Shown here one piece after another: positions 1-13,884 of a stretch of 64,000 nucleotides of DNA. The translations under genes and the position numbers were made by a program. This DNA comes from Octopus vulgaris. Its lineage: Eukaryota. Positions within the stretch are counted from its first letter, which is position 1. Each line of letters begins with the position of its first letter. The stretch lies in assembly GCA_951406725.2 (NCBI GenBank), contig OX597825.1, positions 38,130,001 to 38,194,000 of the forward strand, read 5' to 3'. Under the pieces are notes generated by a model. It did not search any database. It was not told where the DNA came from and worked only from the letters and a program-made list of their open reading frames with translations.

Positions 1-478
1 GATAACCACACTATCGATTATTATTTGAAAGACGTTAGAAAGTCATGAAAGTAACTATATTTTTCAATAAATTCCAAAGCAGTTGCACAAAAAATGCCGA
101 TCAAAAAATTATAAACATATAGGTATAGCCAAAGATGCGTAGTTAACGTTAATTTCGGAGAACCATTTTACCGAGTTTCATATAACTGTGTGTCACATTA
201 GGAGTAGTGCTGAACAAATTCTAATTGACATTTTTAAATGGAATCTGCACAGACTTATTTAGTTTTAAATGGTTACATTGAAAAAGGATGTAAATCAGTA
301 CATTCAAACAAATATTTTATATAGCTTTGCAGACAAACGATCAGAAATCTGCACAACACAGGATAATTTCATTAACGTCCTCATAGATTAGTGATGCAAT
401 ACGTTGGGCCTAAGAACAATTGCTGCAAGAAACCATCGATACATTCATCTGACGACTCCACTATAGTGCACGAAAGCG

Positions 479-479
<1 letters not shown>

Positions 480-528
<49 letters not shown>
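480..528. repeat. (TA)n microsatellite
   Basis: Pure TA run visible in the sequence. Confidence 0.95.
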
Positions 529-531
<3 letters not shown>

Positions 532-1543
532 TTATAAAAACATGTAACACGTACACACACTCAAAAAGATATACGTATATATACGTGTCCCTTAAGCATC
601 AGCTATTGTTATCAAATAATTTATCATACAGAATTTATTTGTTAATGAGTATTATAAAAAAAAAACATGAAATGATAGCACATTTAAACGAAAACTCACT
701 GTGATACACAGATATTTCATCGAATGCTCAGATCTGTTACTTTGTGTATGTGGCCTTTGCGTTTGTCGCAGAAGGTAATTTCTAAAATACAAATATGTAT
801 TGAAGATTGAAGTGCTGTATATATTGGTAATTACCGGTTATATCTAGCAATAGGTGATCATGATTATGAATAATGGAAGCTTGTATTGCACTGGCATCCC
901 ATATTTCAGTAAGTATCGTGCACATGATCTTGGCTTTCTTTTCCCAGTACTTGCTTTATAAACTACACGTGGTTAGTACATCGACGCTATTCTTTGATTA
1001 TAATATATGATAACATGAATATGTGCTGAAGATATTGAAAATATTGTAACTATTATAATAGGAAACATTTTCTAACATTAGTGGTAATTGAAAATGTTAC
1101 ACTTGTAAAACATTTATGGTACGCTATGTTTATAGAAATGCTTTTTGTAATATTCCTGAGTCACTGGCGACATACATTAACAAGAATATACTGCAGTACC
1201 TTGGAGCCCTCAAATGTTTTCTCTCTCAAAACAACCATCAGTAAGAGTTTCTCCCTAATCCTGGTTTAAAAATGGTTTACTTTTCGTATTGAAATCTACC
1301 AGAAGCGTTTCTTGGACAGATTTGACAAAAGAAGTTTTTTTGACTTCGACAACAGCAAAGCTTTCATTCTTATCACGAGTGTAAATTCTCGGTCCTAATT
1401 CCTTGCATATGAGCTCTGTCCGTCTGCCAACTCTACAGTTGCAGATTCTTGTTAAATTGCTCTTATCTTCTTCTGTGCATTACTCAAAACATCTGACAAC
1501 ACACCATTGATTTATCATCACGTTAACCAACGAACATTTGAAT

Positions 1544-2335
1544 GATTGGTGAAACAGGTGCTGAATGTTGTTCCAGAACTGTTGTAATATATCAGCTGCA
1601 AGTATAGTTTCTGGAAAGCATTGTCTACCAAATTCGTATACCATACGCCAAAACAATACAGATTCCACGAAGATAGGTGTCGGAATTATTATCTAAAAGT
1701 ACTAAGCTAAACATGCAGCTTGGTAAAGAAAGGAAATGTTAATGCTACTCACATCAAGAAACCCTCAAGGCTTTATTCTTCAAAATAATTATGGTCAGTA
1801 GACAAGAAAAACACCTTCAGAATCGCTTCAAATATTTAATATTATTACAAGGACAATCTCAGATTTTAAAAATAAATTCTTTATACAGATATGAAAGCAT
1901 CAATAAAGTCGCACTTCTTTTCAAAGCCAGAAGGTATTTCATCCATAAATGATTAATGAAATTCTACAAAACGCAGCTGAGGCCTATTGCTTATTCTGTG
2001 AAATTGCGCGGACACATACAGTAACACATCCAATAAAAATCTACTGAACTGATAAAGCCTTCGCAGAAAGGTTCCAGTCTCTTGTCGACTGACACTCTAG
2101 AATTTGCATTTCATATATTGACACCCACATGCAGACATTTCCACTTCCATCGAATTTCCTCCCTAAAGTTCACCAATGATAATCCGAACATCCTTGACCC
2201 CACAAAGATCTCTACGCCTAATTTTTCTTCATTAAATCTGGGCTAATCGGAATATATCCTCACAACCCCAGTTTTACCTGCAGCTGATATATTACAACTG
2301 TTCTAGGACAACGTTCAACACCAATTTCACCAATC
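1544..2335. mobile_element. Pair of inverted 60-bp remnants (1544-1603 minus, 2276-2335 plus), possibly of a Penelope-like GIY-YIG coding region
   Basis: The reverse complement of 1544-1603 matches 2276-2335 with about 8 mismatches. They translate as YYNSSGTTFSTCFTNH and YYNCSRTTFNTNFTNL, resembling the Penelope endonuclease segment Y-x-G-x-S/T-x-T-F-K-x-R-F-x-N-H. Confidence 0.4.
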
Positions 2336-5300
2336 TAGAAAGACACGCGATGGCCTAGTATATTACACCTTTCTTTTGAACCATCCTGTAAAAATGAGAT
2401 AAATTAAGCAATTAAGGTGAACCTGAGTTTAAACAACATATTCAGTGATTTACTTAATGAATTTAAACTTGCTAATGTAAGCTTTAATTTGATCCTTTTC
2501 TTTTAAAACTTTATCGAAAAGACGTAAGGATGAAACGTGTAAATTCGTGGGATACGCTAAAGTCAGTTGGGATAGTGAACTGACATCAACGTTTTGAATA
2601 TAAAGAATCGGTTACTATTTTATTTCTATCGTTACGTTTTTAAGTATTAAACTGTGTCACATCATCACAACGAACAAAAAAAAGGAAAAGAAGAAAGAAA
2701 AGACACACATTAAGCTGAAATAGCATTATTCAAAGTAAGATAATTTATATTTAAACAATATCGGCTACCCGGAGTTATGACTACATTATGATTTAATATT
2801 TACCTTCGAAAAATGTGGCGAATAAAAACAAATGTCGCAACGAATTCTTTTTGAAACTGATTAATTCTTCCATTAATCAAACTTAACCACAACATATATC
2901 GTCAGTCTGAAAGAAGAGTGAAAATATGTCCAAAATTATTCTTTACTAATGCGTATAACAAAAATATTTTCAGCATTACGGTTAGGGGACTCATTTGTAT
3001 TACATTTTTAAACAACTCCCACTTAAAGTATATTGATGTATCATTTAAATATTAGTCTGGAGAAATCAATATAAAATAAAATTTCAATTATTAAATCCAT
3101 TTTCTTTGCAATGTAGTGTATTCGATATGTTAAAGGTGGATGTACACTACTTTGTTGCAAAGCGAAAATATATGATATTTCCAATGAAATGCAGAGAATT
3201 TTCTTCCATCACTAATCTGAACTGATTTGGTTTAGGAATGTAAAATGCAACATACATTTAAACATAAAATTAAGACAATAACACAATTAGAAGTGATACG
3301 TTCCTGAAATAACCCCTCATACAAACAATAAATGCGACATATAACTTTATATTGCTATTTTTTATTGTACGACTTCAAATAAAAGTGCATCACATTTAGT
3401 TATGAATAATGTTAAGCAGTTAACCATAGCACATTGGTGGCATCATTTAACTCAACCACATTCATATTTAAAGATAACCGACGAATGAAGCAAGCTGCAT
3501 TAGTTAGTGTTACATATTCTATCGAATTCTGCTTGCATATTTTTATTGATACAATCTCGAATATACTTCACAACATAATACAGGTGAAACAACAATGAAT
3601 GCTTTGTGTTGAAGGTAAATGAGTAAAACTGAATGCAAACAGAAGCATTAACTTCCTGTTGCCGTTATACCGACCGTGTGAAGGATAGATTTTGCTAGGA
3701 CTAATCTTTACAGAGTACTTGCAATACCATCTCATGTAATCTATATGTAACACGTAGAATTTGTGTCACGAAAACATGTACAGAAGAATCTCAATTCAAG
3801 CTACATACCATAAAAAGTTAGGTATTACTAAATCACTTCTTTTCTAATATCTCATGAGTGAGCATAACTAATATCACCAGGGTAATCCAAAACATTAACA
3901 TCTTAAAATATTATGAATATAGCTAATCAATTTTTGAACATTACTTGTTAAAAACCCGCAAATTCACTTCAAGATTTTGGCAATCAGAAATAAATAACGT
4001 GTCACGGCCGTGATGGAGGAATCATAAAAATGGAAATGTTTTTCCTTTTCTTGTTGGCTTTACCTTTTTATTCGACAGTAAGTGGATTAGTCTCTTACTC
4101 TACGAAAATAGAGAGAAGTGTATTGATCACTAGACAGTAAACCGTTTGACATACATCTTTTGCGAACACATCAGTACCAAAAACAACTGTTATAGCAACG
4201 GCAGCAGGAACAAAAACATAATGAAAATCAAAACAAAAGATTTCTAGTAAATGAAATTACCATATAATGACAAAAGAGTAATCCTTCAAGAAATGAGAAA
4301 GTCCTCGCTTTATTGTCATTCATATTGATTTTCGTGAAGAATTCTTTAATAGGAATATACAAAATCTTCACATAGTAGTACAGTAATGATGAATAGCAGA
4401 GAAAGTATTCAATATATATTCAATAATAACAAATTAGGTAGTAATGCTGAAATGCATTTACAAATATATATTCTTTCACACTTTCCCAAACTATGAAAGT
4501 GAAAGTAGAATGCAGCTTTTGCAAACACCCTTTCCTTTAACGAAAAAAAATATTTGTTCTAATACTTTTCTCTCCAAACAGCATAAACTGCTCAGATACG
4601 CACGACCAATAGAGAAGGCAAAACATAAAAGAACAAATAAAAGGAGCGCGTCTAACATGAAGAGCTCCCGAATGTTATTTGTTGAACTCTTTTAGTGTAA
4701 ATTACTTTTACAACGTTACCAAATGATCCCATCGAAACGCATGAAAGATTGCTTGGCATTATTTCTAGGCTATCGCTTTTGAATCATGAGCATATATGTA
4801 TTCAATAACATATGTGATAGCATCGATTCTGGATTTTCAACTTTACATAGATATGATTGCAAAATTCTTTTCTAGTAAAACAGAATCCCAATATCAATTT
4901 ATATATGGATTCACACATTTTGATTAGAGAATTGAAACTATTTGCCTTCCATTTTTGATTTAACTACATCACAGTATAATAAATAGTATCTAAATATCAT
5001 GAGCTTACATAATTCTATTCAAGTTTGCATTCATCACTCTACAATCTCTCGCTTGTTTTTTCATTGAATTTTTCTCCCTCTCATCACACATGCTTGTGTG
5101 TATATCTATGCAATATATACAGTGTTTAAAAAGTTATACAAACATGAGTATAAATAAACAAATAGGCTTGACAATCAGAATTACAATGTTAAATCAACGA
5201 AATATTTCCGTGAAAATAGCAATTACAGATAATATATCATAATACAGAATATTTTTATCCCACGCAATGCGAATATAAGCCCGATTGCTGTATATGTTTA

Positions 5301-6659
5301 GATTTTAGAGAATTCGAAACTCATCGAGTCCTCTTATATGTTTCTTCAAGTGCCCTCAGATATTTTCTACCTGGAATATGACGGTAGTGGTTGTGGAGGA
5401 TCTATAAAACTTGATAGTATATAATATTATTAAAAATGTGTAGGGGCCAGTTTATGAGTATGAAAATAGATATTATTAGTCTTGCACATTTCAATTGTAG
5501 TCAAAAGTTTTCAACAAAATTCCAGTTAAATTAGCAATCTTTTCTTTACGGAATACACGTTTTAGTGGAGGCGTCAGATACCTTCATTTAATTATTTTAA
5601 TCTTTATGAATTATAGTTGATATGTATTAGTTCCCTACCCCCAACCCGCACCACACGTCGAAGCCTGTTGTATTGAGTTTCCTGGGTTAGCCGTTCCATG
5701 GGTTTAGATTATTGCGTGGAAGTATTAGAACAAAAATGTTTCGGATTGCGGTTTGGGGATACGACCACACATAGCTAGAGGAAGTGGGAAATGAGAAGAG
5801 ATACATAGAGAGAGAGAGATGGAGAGCGAGAAAAAGATAGAGAAAGATAGAGTCATAGAAAGACTGAGAGAGAGATGGGGGAGAGTAATGTGTGTTGTGC
5901 TGTTGAAGAAACAATACTCTTTGTCGTTATGCCTGTGACGTGTTAATGACGTCTGTAACTTTTTCTGTATAGAAGCACAATCTCAAGTACAGCCTTGATA
6001 TGAATTTGTTGATGCAGTTATAATTTTATTCTTGAGTTTTAATGTGTTGAGTCAAAAGTTTTGCAATATTTTGGTAACTTATTTACTTTATACGTTAAGT
6101 CACAACAAAAACAGGCTATAATTGAAAGTAAATGTCATCGTGTTGCACCGCGTGAGACAACCTTTCTGCCAGTTCTTTGATCCTGTGCTGATATCATTTC
6201 TTGTCCTTCAAAGCAAAGGACTCCTTCAATGAGCCTTCTACATTCTCTTGGTTGATGAAGCTTCGTGAGCCATACATAGGAATAAATAATAATCCGAGGA
6301 ATCTAGGTCTGGTCTATGTGCTGGGTGCGACATCAGTTCGACTCACGTTTCTGGTGTTTATTCCGGGACACTCAGGCGGTATGAGGTCTCGCGTTATCTT
6401 CTTGCAGAAGTGGCCGCTTAATCTTAACTAATCCGAGTACTTTTGGCGCACAGTGACATACATCCACTTCATTGGGGTACACGTTGGCATCGCTGGTTCG
6501 ACCGTCTACAACGAACTCGTAGCCAATAGTCAATAGTCTCTGCATAATTCCGCGATACGCAGGACTTCACTTTGTGTTCGGAACGCCTATATTTCTTGAC
6601 AAGTTACAAAAGCTTGTCCCTAACCCAAGTTAGGGTTGTGAAATATATGTCACTTGAAT

Positions 6660-6770
6660 TATTACTTTTTACGATCCATTTACTTCGCTTGAAATGCTTC
6701 ATCAACGAAGAGGTGCCGGAAGCTTCAGTGAAGGAATTCCTTGCCTCGAAGGAATGGAGAATTATACATC
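6660..6770 (+). pseudogene. Possible mariner transposase C-terminal fragment
   Basis: HLLRLKCFINEEVPEASVKEFLASKEW resembles the mariner C-terminal helix (F-x-N-E-E-E-V...V-x-E-F-F-A-S-K). No TIRs seen. Confidence 0.3.
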
Positions 6771-7628
6771 TTCAAAATTTAATTCATAAAATACCTTTTC
6801 TTTATATTATATTCCGGCACATATTTTTGCTAAGTAAGTGTCTTAGGGACCTTATGCTAGTTTTGTGCATTTGTTCTCCCCCACAACACACGGGCACGCA
6901 AACACGTACCCGCCTAAATATTTATGTTGCATGTACGTCGTATCTGTGTTTGTAGTTGTCACTATGTATTGTTATTGGGAGAAAGTTCAGCAAGGACATA
7001 GGCCATTAGAATAAGTGCCGGTACGATTGGTTTCATTAAATCTTTCAAATTGTTCCTCCAGCATGTGCATAATGTAATTCCTCCAAAAAATAACAGAGTA
7101 AAGAAATATTTATGAGAAACTTGTATATGCCCTGCATGGTTCATAGTAATTCAGTGGGTTTTCTGTTTCGATTATTTCTGTTATTTGTTTGTTGTTGTGT
7201 TGGGAACTGCTTTGTTATCTGACCTTATCTCAATGAAATAGGTAATCATTTATGTATTATTATGTTTCATATATATGAACTTTATCCCAGTCTATCTGTT
7301 TTTAATTAATATCGTACCGTTGAACATGCTATTGAGAAATGTTGTTTAAAGCCTATGTATATTGTCAGCAACATTCACAAACATCCTTTGCAGCTACCTA
7401 ATTGACATTAAGTGAAAACTTAAAACAGCTACTTCCTATTCATCTTTTACTGTGGTATACCTAGAGAAATCAATAATGATATATGTGTATATATATATAT
7501 ATATCATAGAGGCCACTGAATTATAAACTGCATTTTATTTCAGATCGAAATATATTTAAATGGATAAATGTTTTCAAAAGTATGCTACGTTTCTCAAAAA
7601 TTTACGTATAATTTTGACAGGCAAAAAT

Positions 7629-7630
<2 letters not shown>

Positions 7631-7709
<79 letters not shown>

Positions 7710-7721
7710 AATAAAAAAAAA

Positions 7722-7810
<89 letters not shown>

Positions 7811-7864
7811 TAATAATAATAATAATGAAAATAATATTAATAATAATAATAATAATAATAATAA
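7631..7864 (+). repeat. (AAT)n microsatellite, interrupted
   Basis: Direct reading; it produces the poly-N and poly-I ORFs 7560-7922 and 7696-7986. Confidence 0.95.
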
Positions 7865-8046
7865 GAGAGAAGAGAAGAGCGCCAGCCTTGACAGCGGCTG
7901 GACGTGTTCCTCACTGCTCTGACAGTTCGGTGGCTGAAAGCCATAGAAACACTAATATGGGCCAGTTTAGCAACTGGGAAAAATAACTCTCAAAGACTGG
8001 AACATCTACAATACCTCGTGAGTATTTGAAATTCTCTTCAAAGTGG

Positions 8047-8933
8047 GTTAAGAAATTTACAAATTTACATATCTGCAGCTTTCAAACATACATCCGATCG
8101 GCTTTAAAAACTTTAATACCCACAACTGCCTCTGTAAGCACCCTTTTTTTTTTCTTCTCTCTAAAAACATCACGCTTTTCTTTTTGTGGACTTGCAAAAC
8201 CCTAAAACTTTCTATGAAAATCTGACTTTTCTTTGCTTCCTCCCAGAATATTCAAATATAAATGTAAACATATACTCTTTATTGCAAAAACACACCTGTT
8301 CTTCTAACAGGACATACAAACATCTCTAGAGGGGTCAACTTCAACCTCCACAATATTACCTTGCACGAAATATACAAACACTTTTTATTGCAATAACACA
8401 AACGCACATGGAAAAAATGATAATGCTAAGATTCTCTCTGGTCGAACACAGCTTCTCTATTCACAAATAATACAGAACAGCCCTTCAAAATAAGTTAAGA
8501 AAATTTATAAATGTACATGTCTACAGTCAATCATACATTCGACCAGCTTTAAAAACTTTGATACCCACAATTGCCTCTGTAAACATCCTTTTTTTTTCTT
8601 CTCTCTAAAAACATCACGCTTTTCTTTTTGTGGACTTACAAAACCCTAAAACTTTCTATGAAAATCTGACTTTTCTTTGCTTCCTCCCTGAATATTCAAA
8701 TATAAATGTAAACATATACTTTTTATTGTAAAAACACACCTGTTCTTCTAACTGGACATACAAACATCTCTAGAAAAGTCAACCTCAACCTCCACAATAT
8801 TACCTTACAGGAAATATACAAACACTTTTTATTGCAATAACACAAACGCACATGGAAAAAAAAATGATAATGCTAAGATTCTCTCTGGTCGAACACAACT
8901 TCTCTATTCACAAACAATACAGAACAGCCCTTC
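8047..8933. repeat. Tandem duplication of about 440 bp (8047-8486 and 8494-8933)
   Basis: Both units run from gttaagaaa... to ...atacagaacagcccttc and share long identical blocks, e.g. catcacgcttttctttttgtggactt and gataatgctaagattctctctggtcgaacaca. Confidence 0.9.
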
Positions 8934-9022
8934 CTTAATTTTTCTTAAGCCTAATAGTAGTAAACATCTGAACTTTTTTTGACCGATAGGACACAACCTA
9001 AAAAAAAAAAAATATATCACTG

Positions 9023-9404
9023 ATGGTGATGGTGATGATGGTGATGATGATAATAATGATAGTAATAGTGCTGATAATCTATCTATCTATCTACACACAC
9101 ACACACACTCAAAGAGTTCAACCAACACAAAGAAAGTATTATTTGACAGGCAAGAACTCTGGTGTTGAAGACAGTCAGCCAGCCAACCACCAAGCCAGCC
9201 AACGAGACAGACAGACACTACTGTGATGGTGATAATGATAAAAAAAACAAAAATAATAATAATAAGATACTGCTGTGACTACACATAAAACAATATCATT
9301 GATGATGATGGTGGTGATGGTGATGGTGATGATGATAATGATGATGGTAATGGTGGTGATAATGATGATGATGATGGTAATGGTGATGATAATAACAATA
9401 ATAA
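9023..9404 (+). repeat. Mixed (GAT/GGT/AAT)n low-complexity tract upstream of the R4/Dong element
   Basis: Direct reading. Confidence 0.8.
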
Positions 9405-12400
9405 GCCGACTACGGCTGCTATAATGGTACGGTTATAATTGTAACGGCAATGATGGCCGTCTCCCCACGAGCCAATCAAAGCTAAAAAATGATAACATTA
9501 TCGTAGCACCAAAATGTTTTTGGAAACTAAAAGGAAAACTAAATCAGTATACCAAATCGCTTGTCCTATGGTTAATCTGGAAGCGCGTCCCCCAGGGAAG
9601 AGCCAGCCTGGGATCGAAAAGTCATCAACTGGCACAAGCTCTTCTCCGAATACGGACATGGATGGTCACTTGAACAGGAAATCCCCCAACTCGAGCCCTC
9701 CAAGTTCACCACCACAACCACCACAGAAAGAAAAATGTAAGCGGAACAAATGGACCCGAGAAGAGTATAAAGAAGTAATATACGCTTATTACTATGCATT
9801 AGGTAGGCCATTAGGTAGGCCATCTCAAGAGAGACACACCGGAAACTCTTACAGTATATGGAGAACACGGAATCAAGACAGTAGGCCCTATTTGGACGAG
9901 AACAAATTAGCAAATGTGAGGAGGGATATCCTTAGAAATAACAGACTCACAGACAGTGAAATAAGCGCGATCAAGCACGTAACGGAAAATGACATAAATA
10001 TAAGACACAAAGGAAATGAATAATCAGATGAACAGTATAGCCCGCCACGAGGCTTAATTGAAAGACTGCCATCTGACCAAAGTACGCAAAGGCCTGAAGA
10101 TACAAGAAATTCTATTGTACCTGTTAAAGATAGCCAGGAAAACGAAAAAACAGTAACTGAAGATCTCGCATTTGCTGAAGAACACAGAGAGTCTATGGCA
10201 GAAATGAGGCAGAAAATCCTGAATACGCTTGAAGTTGTAAAACATACAAGTATGAATGATAGAGAACCACTTCATAAACTCTCAAATCAAAATTGGCAAC
10301 TATATAACAAATGAAATAATACGAGAATTAAAACCTGATTTTACTGAGTTAAATGAAATTATTTACGCTTCTGCTAGGGCAATTGAAACCAGCTGTATGC
10401 CCCCGAAAAAAACAAAGAAAACAAAACCTGGGAAGAAATCAAACCTGGAGAAGTAAAATTGAAAAAGAGATTGAATTTATGAGAGGGGAAATATCAATAT
10501 TAAATGAACTAATATGTGGAAATGATGTAAGATCCAGAACAGGAAGAAAGATGAAGAGAAAATTTGGATCCTCACCAAGAGAAGAACTGATATCAATAAA
10601 AGAAACGCTGAAACAAAAAGTCCAAGCAAAAGCCCAAAGAATACGAAGATTTGAGAAGAGAAACAAGCAAAAACGCTGTTCACATCCAATGCCAAAAAAT
10701 TCTACAGAGAAATAGGGAAGGAGAAAGTAACCGTTAAAGACCCCCCTCCCATGGAAGAAGTTCAAAACTTTTGGAAAAGGATTTGGAGTGACAAGAAGAC
10801 GTACAACATAAATGCAGACTGGATTATACAAACTGAAGGATCCTACCAAAATTTACAACAACAAGCATGGGAAGACATCACAATAGCAGGCCTAAGAAAG
10901 GCACTCACGAAGGCCCATAATTGGAAATCCCCCGGTAAAGATAGGGTGCCGAATTTCTGGCTCGCATCGCTCCCATGCGCACACGGTAAGCTAGTTCAGC
11001 TGCTCAATGGAATTATGAGAGACCCAAAGAAAACACCTGAATGGTTAGCAAGTGGCATTACTTACCTCCTCCAAAGAATAACGAAACCAACCTTCCAAAA
11101 AACTATCGGCCTATAACCTGTCTATCCACCACGTATAAAATCCTAACATCTATCCTGGCGGAGAAAACATATGTATTCATGGAGAAGAACGATATTTTCC
11201 CCATTGAACAAAAAGGGTGCCGCCGAGGCTCTTACGGATGCAAAGATCAACTGCTAATCAATCGTATGATCCTTGAGAACTGTCACAACAAGCGCAGAAA
11301 TCTCAGCACCGCATGGATTGACTATAAAAAGGCCTTCGACAGTATACCGCATCCATGGATCTTGAGATCGCTGGACATCTTCAAAATTTCCCCTGTGATT
11401 TCAAACTTCCTGAAGCACAATATGCGTTGTGGAATACGAATCTCCAATTATACCACTCTAATGGAGTTCTTGCCTCAGAAAATATAAACATCAACTGTGG
11501 AATTTTTCAAGGTGACTCACTTTCACCTTTAATATTCTGCATAGCCCTAATACCCCTTACAAGTGAATTAAACAGAACAGGGTATGGGTATAAAATTGCC
11601 AATAAAAAAATAAGCCATCTATTTTATATGGATGACTTAAAACTTTATGGTAAAGACAATAATGAACTTGAAGGCCTATTGCGCACCGTGAAAGCATTCA
11701 GCGATGACATCGGGATGGAGTTTGGACTTGAGAAGTGTGCCAAGGCCACTTTCCAAAAAGGAAAAGTGAAGACCACAAATTCAGTCGTGTTAGATGTTGA
11801 CACAGTCATGAGAGAGCTTGAGCAAGAACAAACATACACATATTTAGGGATAAATGAAGGCTCTGGTATTCAGTATGCAAGCATGAAAGAGATAATCGGG
11901 AAGGAATATTATAGGAGAGTTCGTGCAGTCCTGAAATCTGAACTAAATGCACGTAACAAGGTATTAGCTATAAATTCCTTAGCAGTTCCAGTTGTTACTT
12001 ATAGCTACAATGTGTTGAACTGGAATATGAGTGAAGTAAAGAATATAGATAGAAAAATACGCAAGCTGCTGAGTTGTAATAGGATGCACCACCCAAAGGC
12101 AGACGTAGATCGCCTTTACATTCCCAGAGCCCAAGGAGGTCGAGGTCTGATCCAATTTGAACTAGCTTACAAAACAACCACAATTGGACTGGCCAAATAT
12201 CTCGAAATATCGAATGACTGGATGTTAAAGCTCGTGGAAAATCATGAGAGACGAAAGAAGCTTCATTCTATCATAAAGGAAAGCAAACAATTTGCCATTG
12301 ATCTCGTGCAGGATACCCAAACTGAACAACCCGAGGGAAGTACGCCAACTATTGCTGCAAAGAAGGTGAAATATGTGACCCGCAGCAAACAAGCTGATGT

Positions 12401-13332
12401 TGACCAGAAGCAAACCCATCAGTGGCTACGGAGCTCAGGGCTAAAAGCAGAGAGCGAAGGTTTCATCCTGGCTGCTCAAGATCAAAGCCTATTAACCCGG
12501 AACTACCAGGCCAATGTGATGAAAAATTGAGCAGACCCAAAATGCCGATTCTGCAACGACATGATTGAAACAGTGGACCACCTAATCTCTGGATGTAAAG
12601 TCTTAGCACCAGTGGAGTATAAATTAAGACATGACAGAGTTGGCCAATATCTCCACTGGCTAATAAGTCGGCATTACAATATCAAACCTGCCGACAAGTG
12701 GTATAATCACCACCCTGAGGCTGTAACTAAAGGAGAAAATGTAACCATTCTGTGGGACTTTCCAGTACATACAGACCGAACCATCAAGGCCTTATTGGCC
12801 TTGATGGTTCGGTCTGATATTGTCTGATTATTGGCCTTGATGGTTCGGTCAGATATTGTTGTGAAAGACCAAAACAATAAAGTTTGCTTATTGATCGACA
12901 TGAGCATCCCCTGTGTTCATAATATCTCAGCGAAAGAGTTTGACAAGCTCAGAAAATATAAAGACCTACTCATTGAAGTTGAGAAAATGTGGCATCTCAA
13001 GGCGGTTACAATACCAGTGATCGTAGGAGCACTAGGAATGATCAAGAAGGGAACCGAAAATTATATGAGAATGATCCCTGGCTTACCATCCCTGCAAGAA
13101 GTGCAAAAGATTGTCTTAACTGGTACATCACACGTATTGAGAAGAGCATTGTCGATGTGAGAACTGTTGCTGCTCATGTATTTTAAGTTAACTTAAAAAA
13201 AAAAAAAAAAATGAACGAACTACTGAGTTTGGTTTAATGGCCTACCAATGTATACTATGAGTTTCTTTGCCCTAGGAGTCGGGAAGACACTCGGCAAGAA
13301 ATGGAAGCAAATTTGAAAGAAGAAAAAAAAAG
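9405..13332 (+). mobile_element. Near full-length R4/Dong-clade non-LTR retrotransposon (RT + RLE) inserted in (TAA)n
   Basis: Starts right after aataacaataataa and ends in gaaaaaaaaag followed by (taa)n. It has a single long but disrupted ORF with RT, CCHC and RLE motifs. TAA-repeat targeting is established for Dong-type R4 elements. Confidence 0.9.
9514..13160 (+). pseudogene. Disrupted polyprotein of the R4/Dong element
   Basis: N-terminal KWTREEYKEVIYAYY and LANVRRDILRNNRL. RT motifs: WKSPGKD, NYRPITCL, AWIDYKKAFDS, GIFQGDSLSPL, HLFYMDDLKL (YMDD at 11625-11636), YTYLG, GGRGL. Zinc knuckle CRFC-x7-HLISGC at about 12543-12596. RLE DIVV...IDMS...KLRKY...PVIVGALG. Lesions: stops at 10021 and 12528, several frameshifts, internal deletions, and a 12-bp in-frame duplication (LGRP-LGRP). 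Confidence 0.92.
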
Positions 13333-13359
13333 TAATAATAATAATAATAATACTAATAC

Positions 13360-13400
<41 letters not shown>

Positions 13401-13403
13401 TTA
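13333..13403 (+). repeat. (AAT)n spacer between tandem Dong copies
   Basis: Direct reading. Confidence 0.9.
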
Positions 13404-13865
13404 ATGCTCTGGGATATGCCGATACACACAGATAGAGAAATTAAGGCCAACAGACCAGATATAGTTGTCAGAGATCATGAAGAAAAAAAATGCTTTCTAA
13501 TTGATGTATCAATACCGGCAGATGACAACGTGTCTCTAAAAGAAATGGAGAAACTCTCAAAATACAAAGACCTGGAAATAGAGGTAACTAGAATGTGGAA
13601 TCTGAAAACAGAAACAATTCCTATCATAGTAGGTGCATTAGGCTTGATAAAAAATATTCTGACAAATACATAACAAAAACACCAGGACTTACAAACACAT
13701 ATAACATACAGAAAATTGCACTACTAGGCACTGCACACATCCTACGCAGAACACTTTCCATACAATAACCATCAGAGCATCACAACAAATCACAGCACAT
13801 ACCCAATGCACACAGAGCTGTGCTCGGTAGTGAAATGAAAGCACGCTATTAAAATAAAACTACTG
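13404..13865 (+). mobile_element. 5'-truncated R4/Dong element (second subfamily): RLE domain and 3' UTR
   Basis: LWDMPIHTDREIKANRPDIVVRD...IDVSIP...EKLSKYKDLEIEVTRMW...PIIVGALG. Ends aaaactactg followed by aataat. Confidence 0.9.
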
Positions 13866-13884
13866 AATAATAGTAATAATAATA

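Noticed and set aside
2049-2080. CTGATAA followed by a hairpin as a hammerhead
   Set aside because: G8 is missing and no GAAA follows the stem.
7560-7986. Poly-N and poly-I ORFs
   Set aside because: Translation of (AAT)n.
7612-9153. Shared tttgacaggcaa at about 7613 and 9142 as a target-site duplication or element end
   Set aside because: A 12-bp match with no consistent boundaries; could be chance.
9405-9513. HDV-like ribozyme in the Dong 5' UTR, as expected for some R2/R4 elements
   Set aside because: A cgt-ctcccc-acg hairpin resembles P3/L3, but I could not assemble P1, P1.1 and P2 by eye. It needs a descriptor search.
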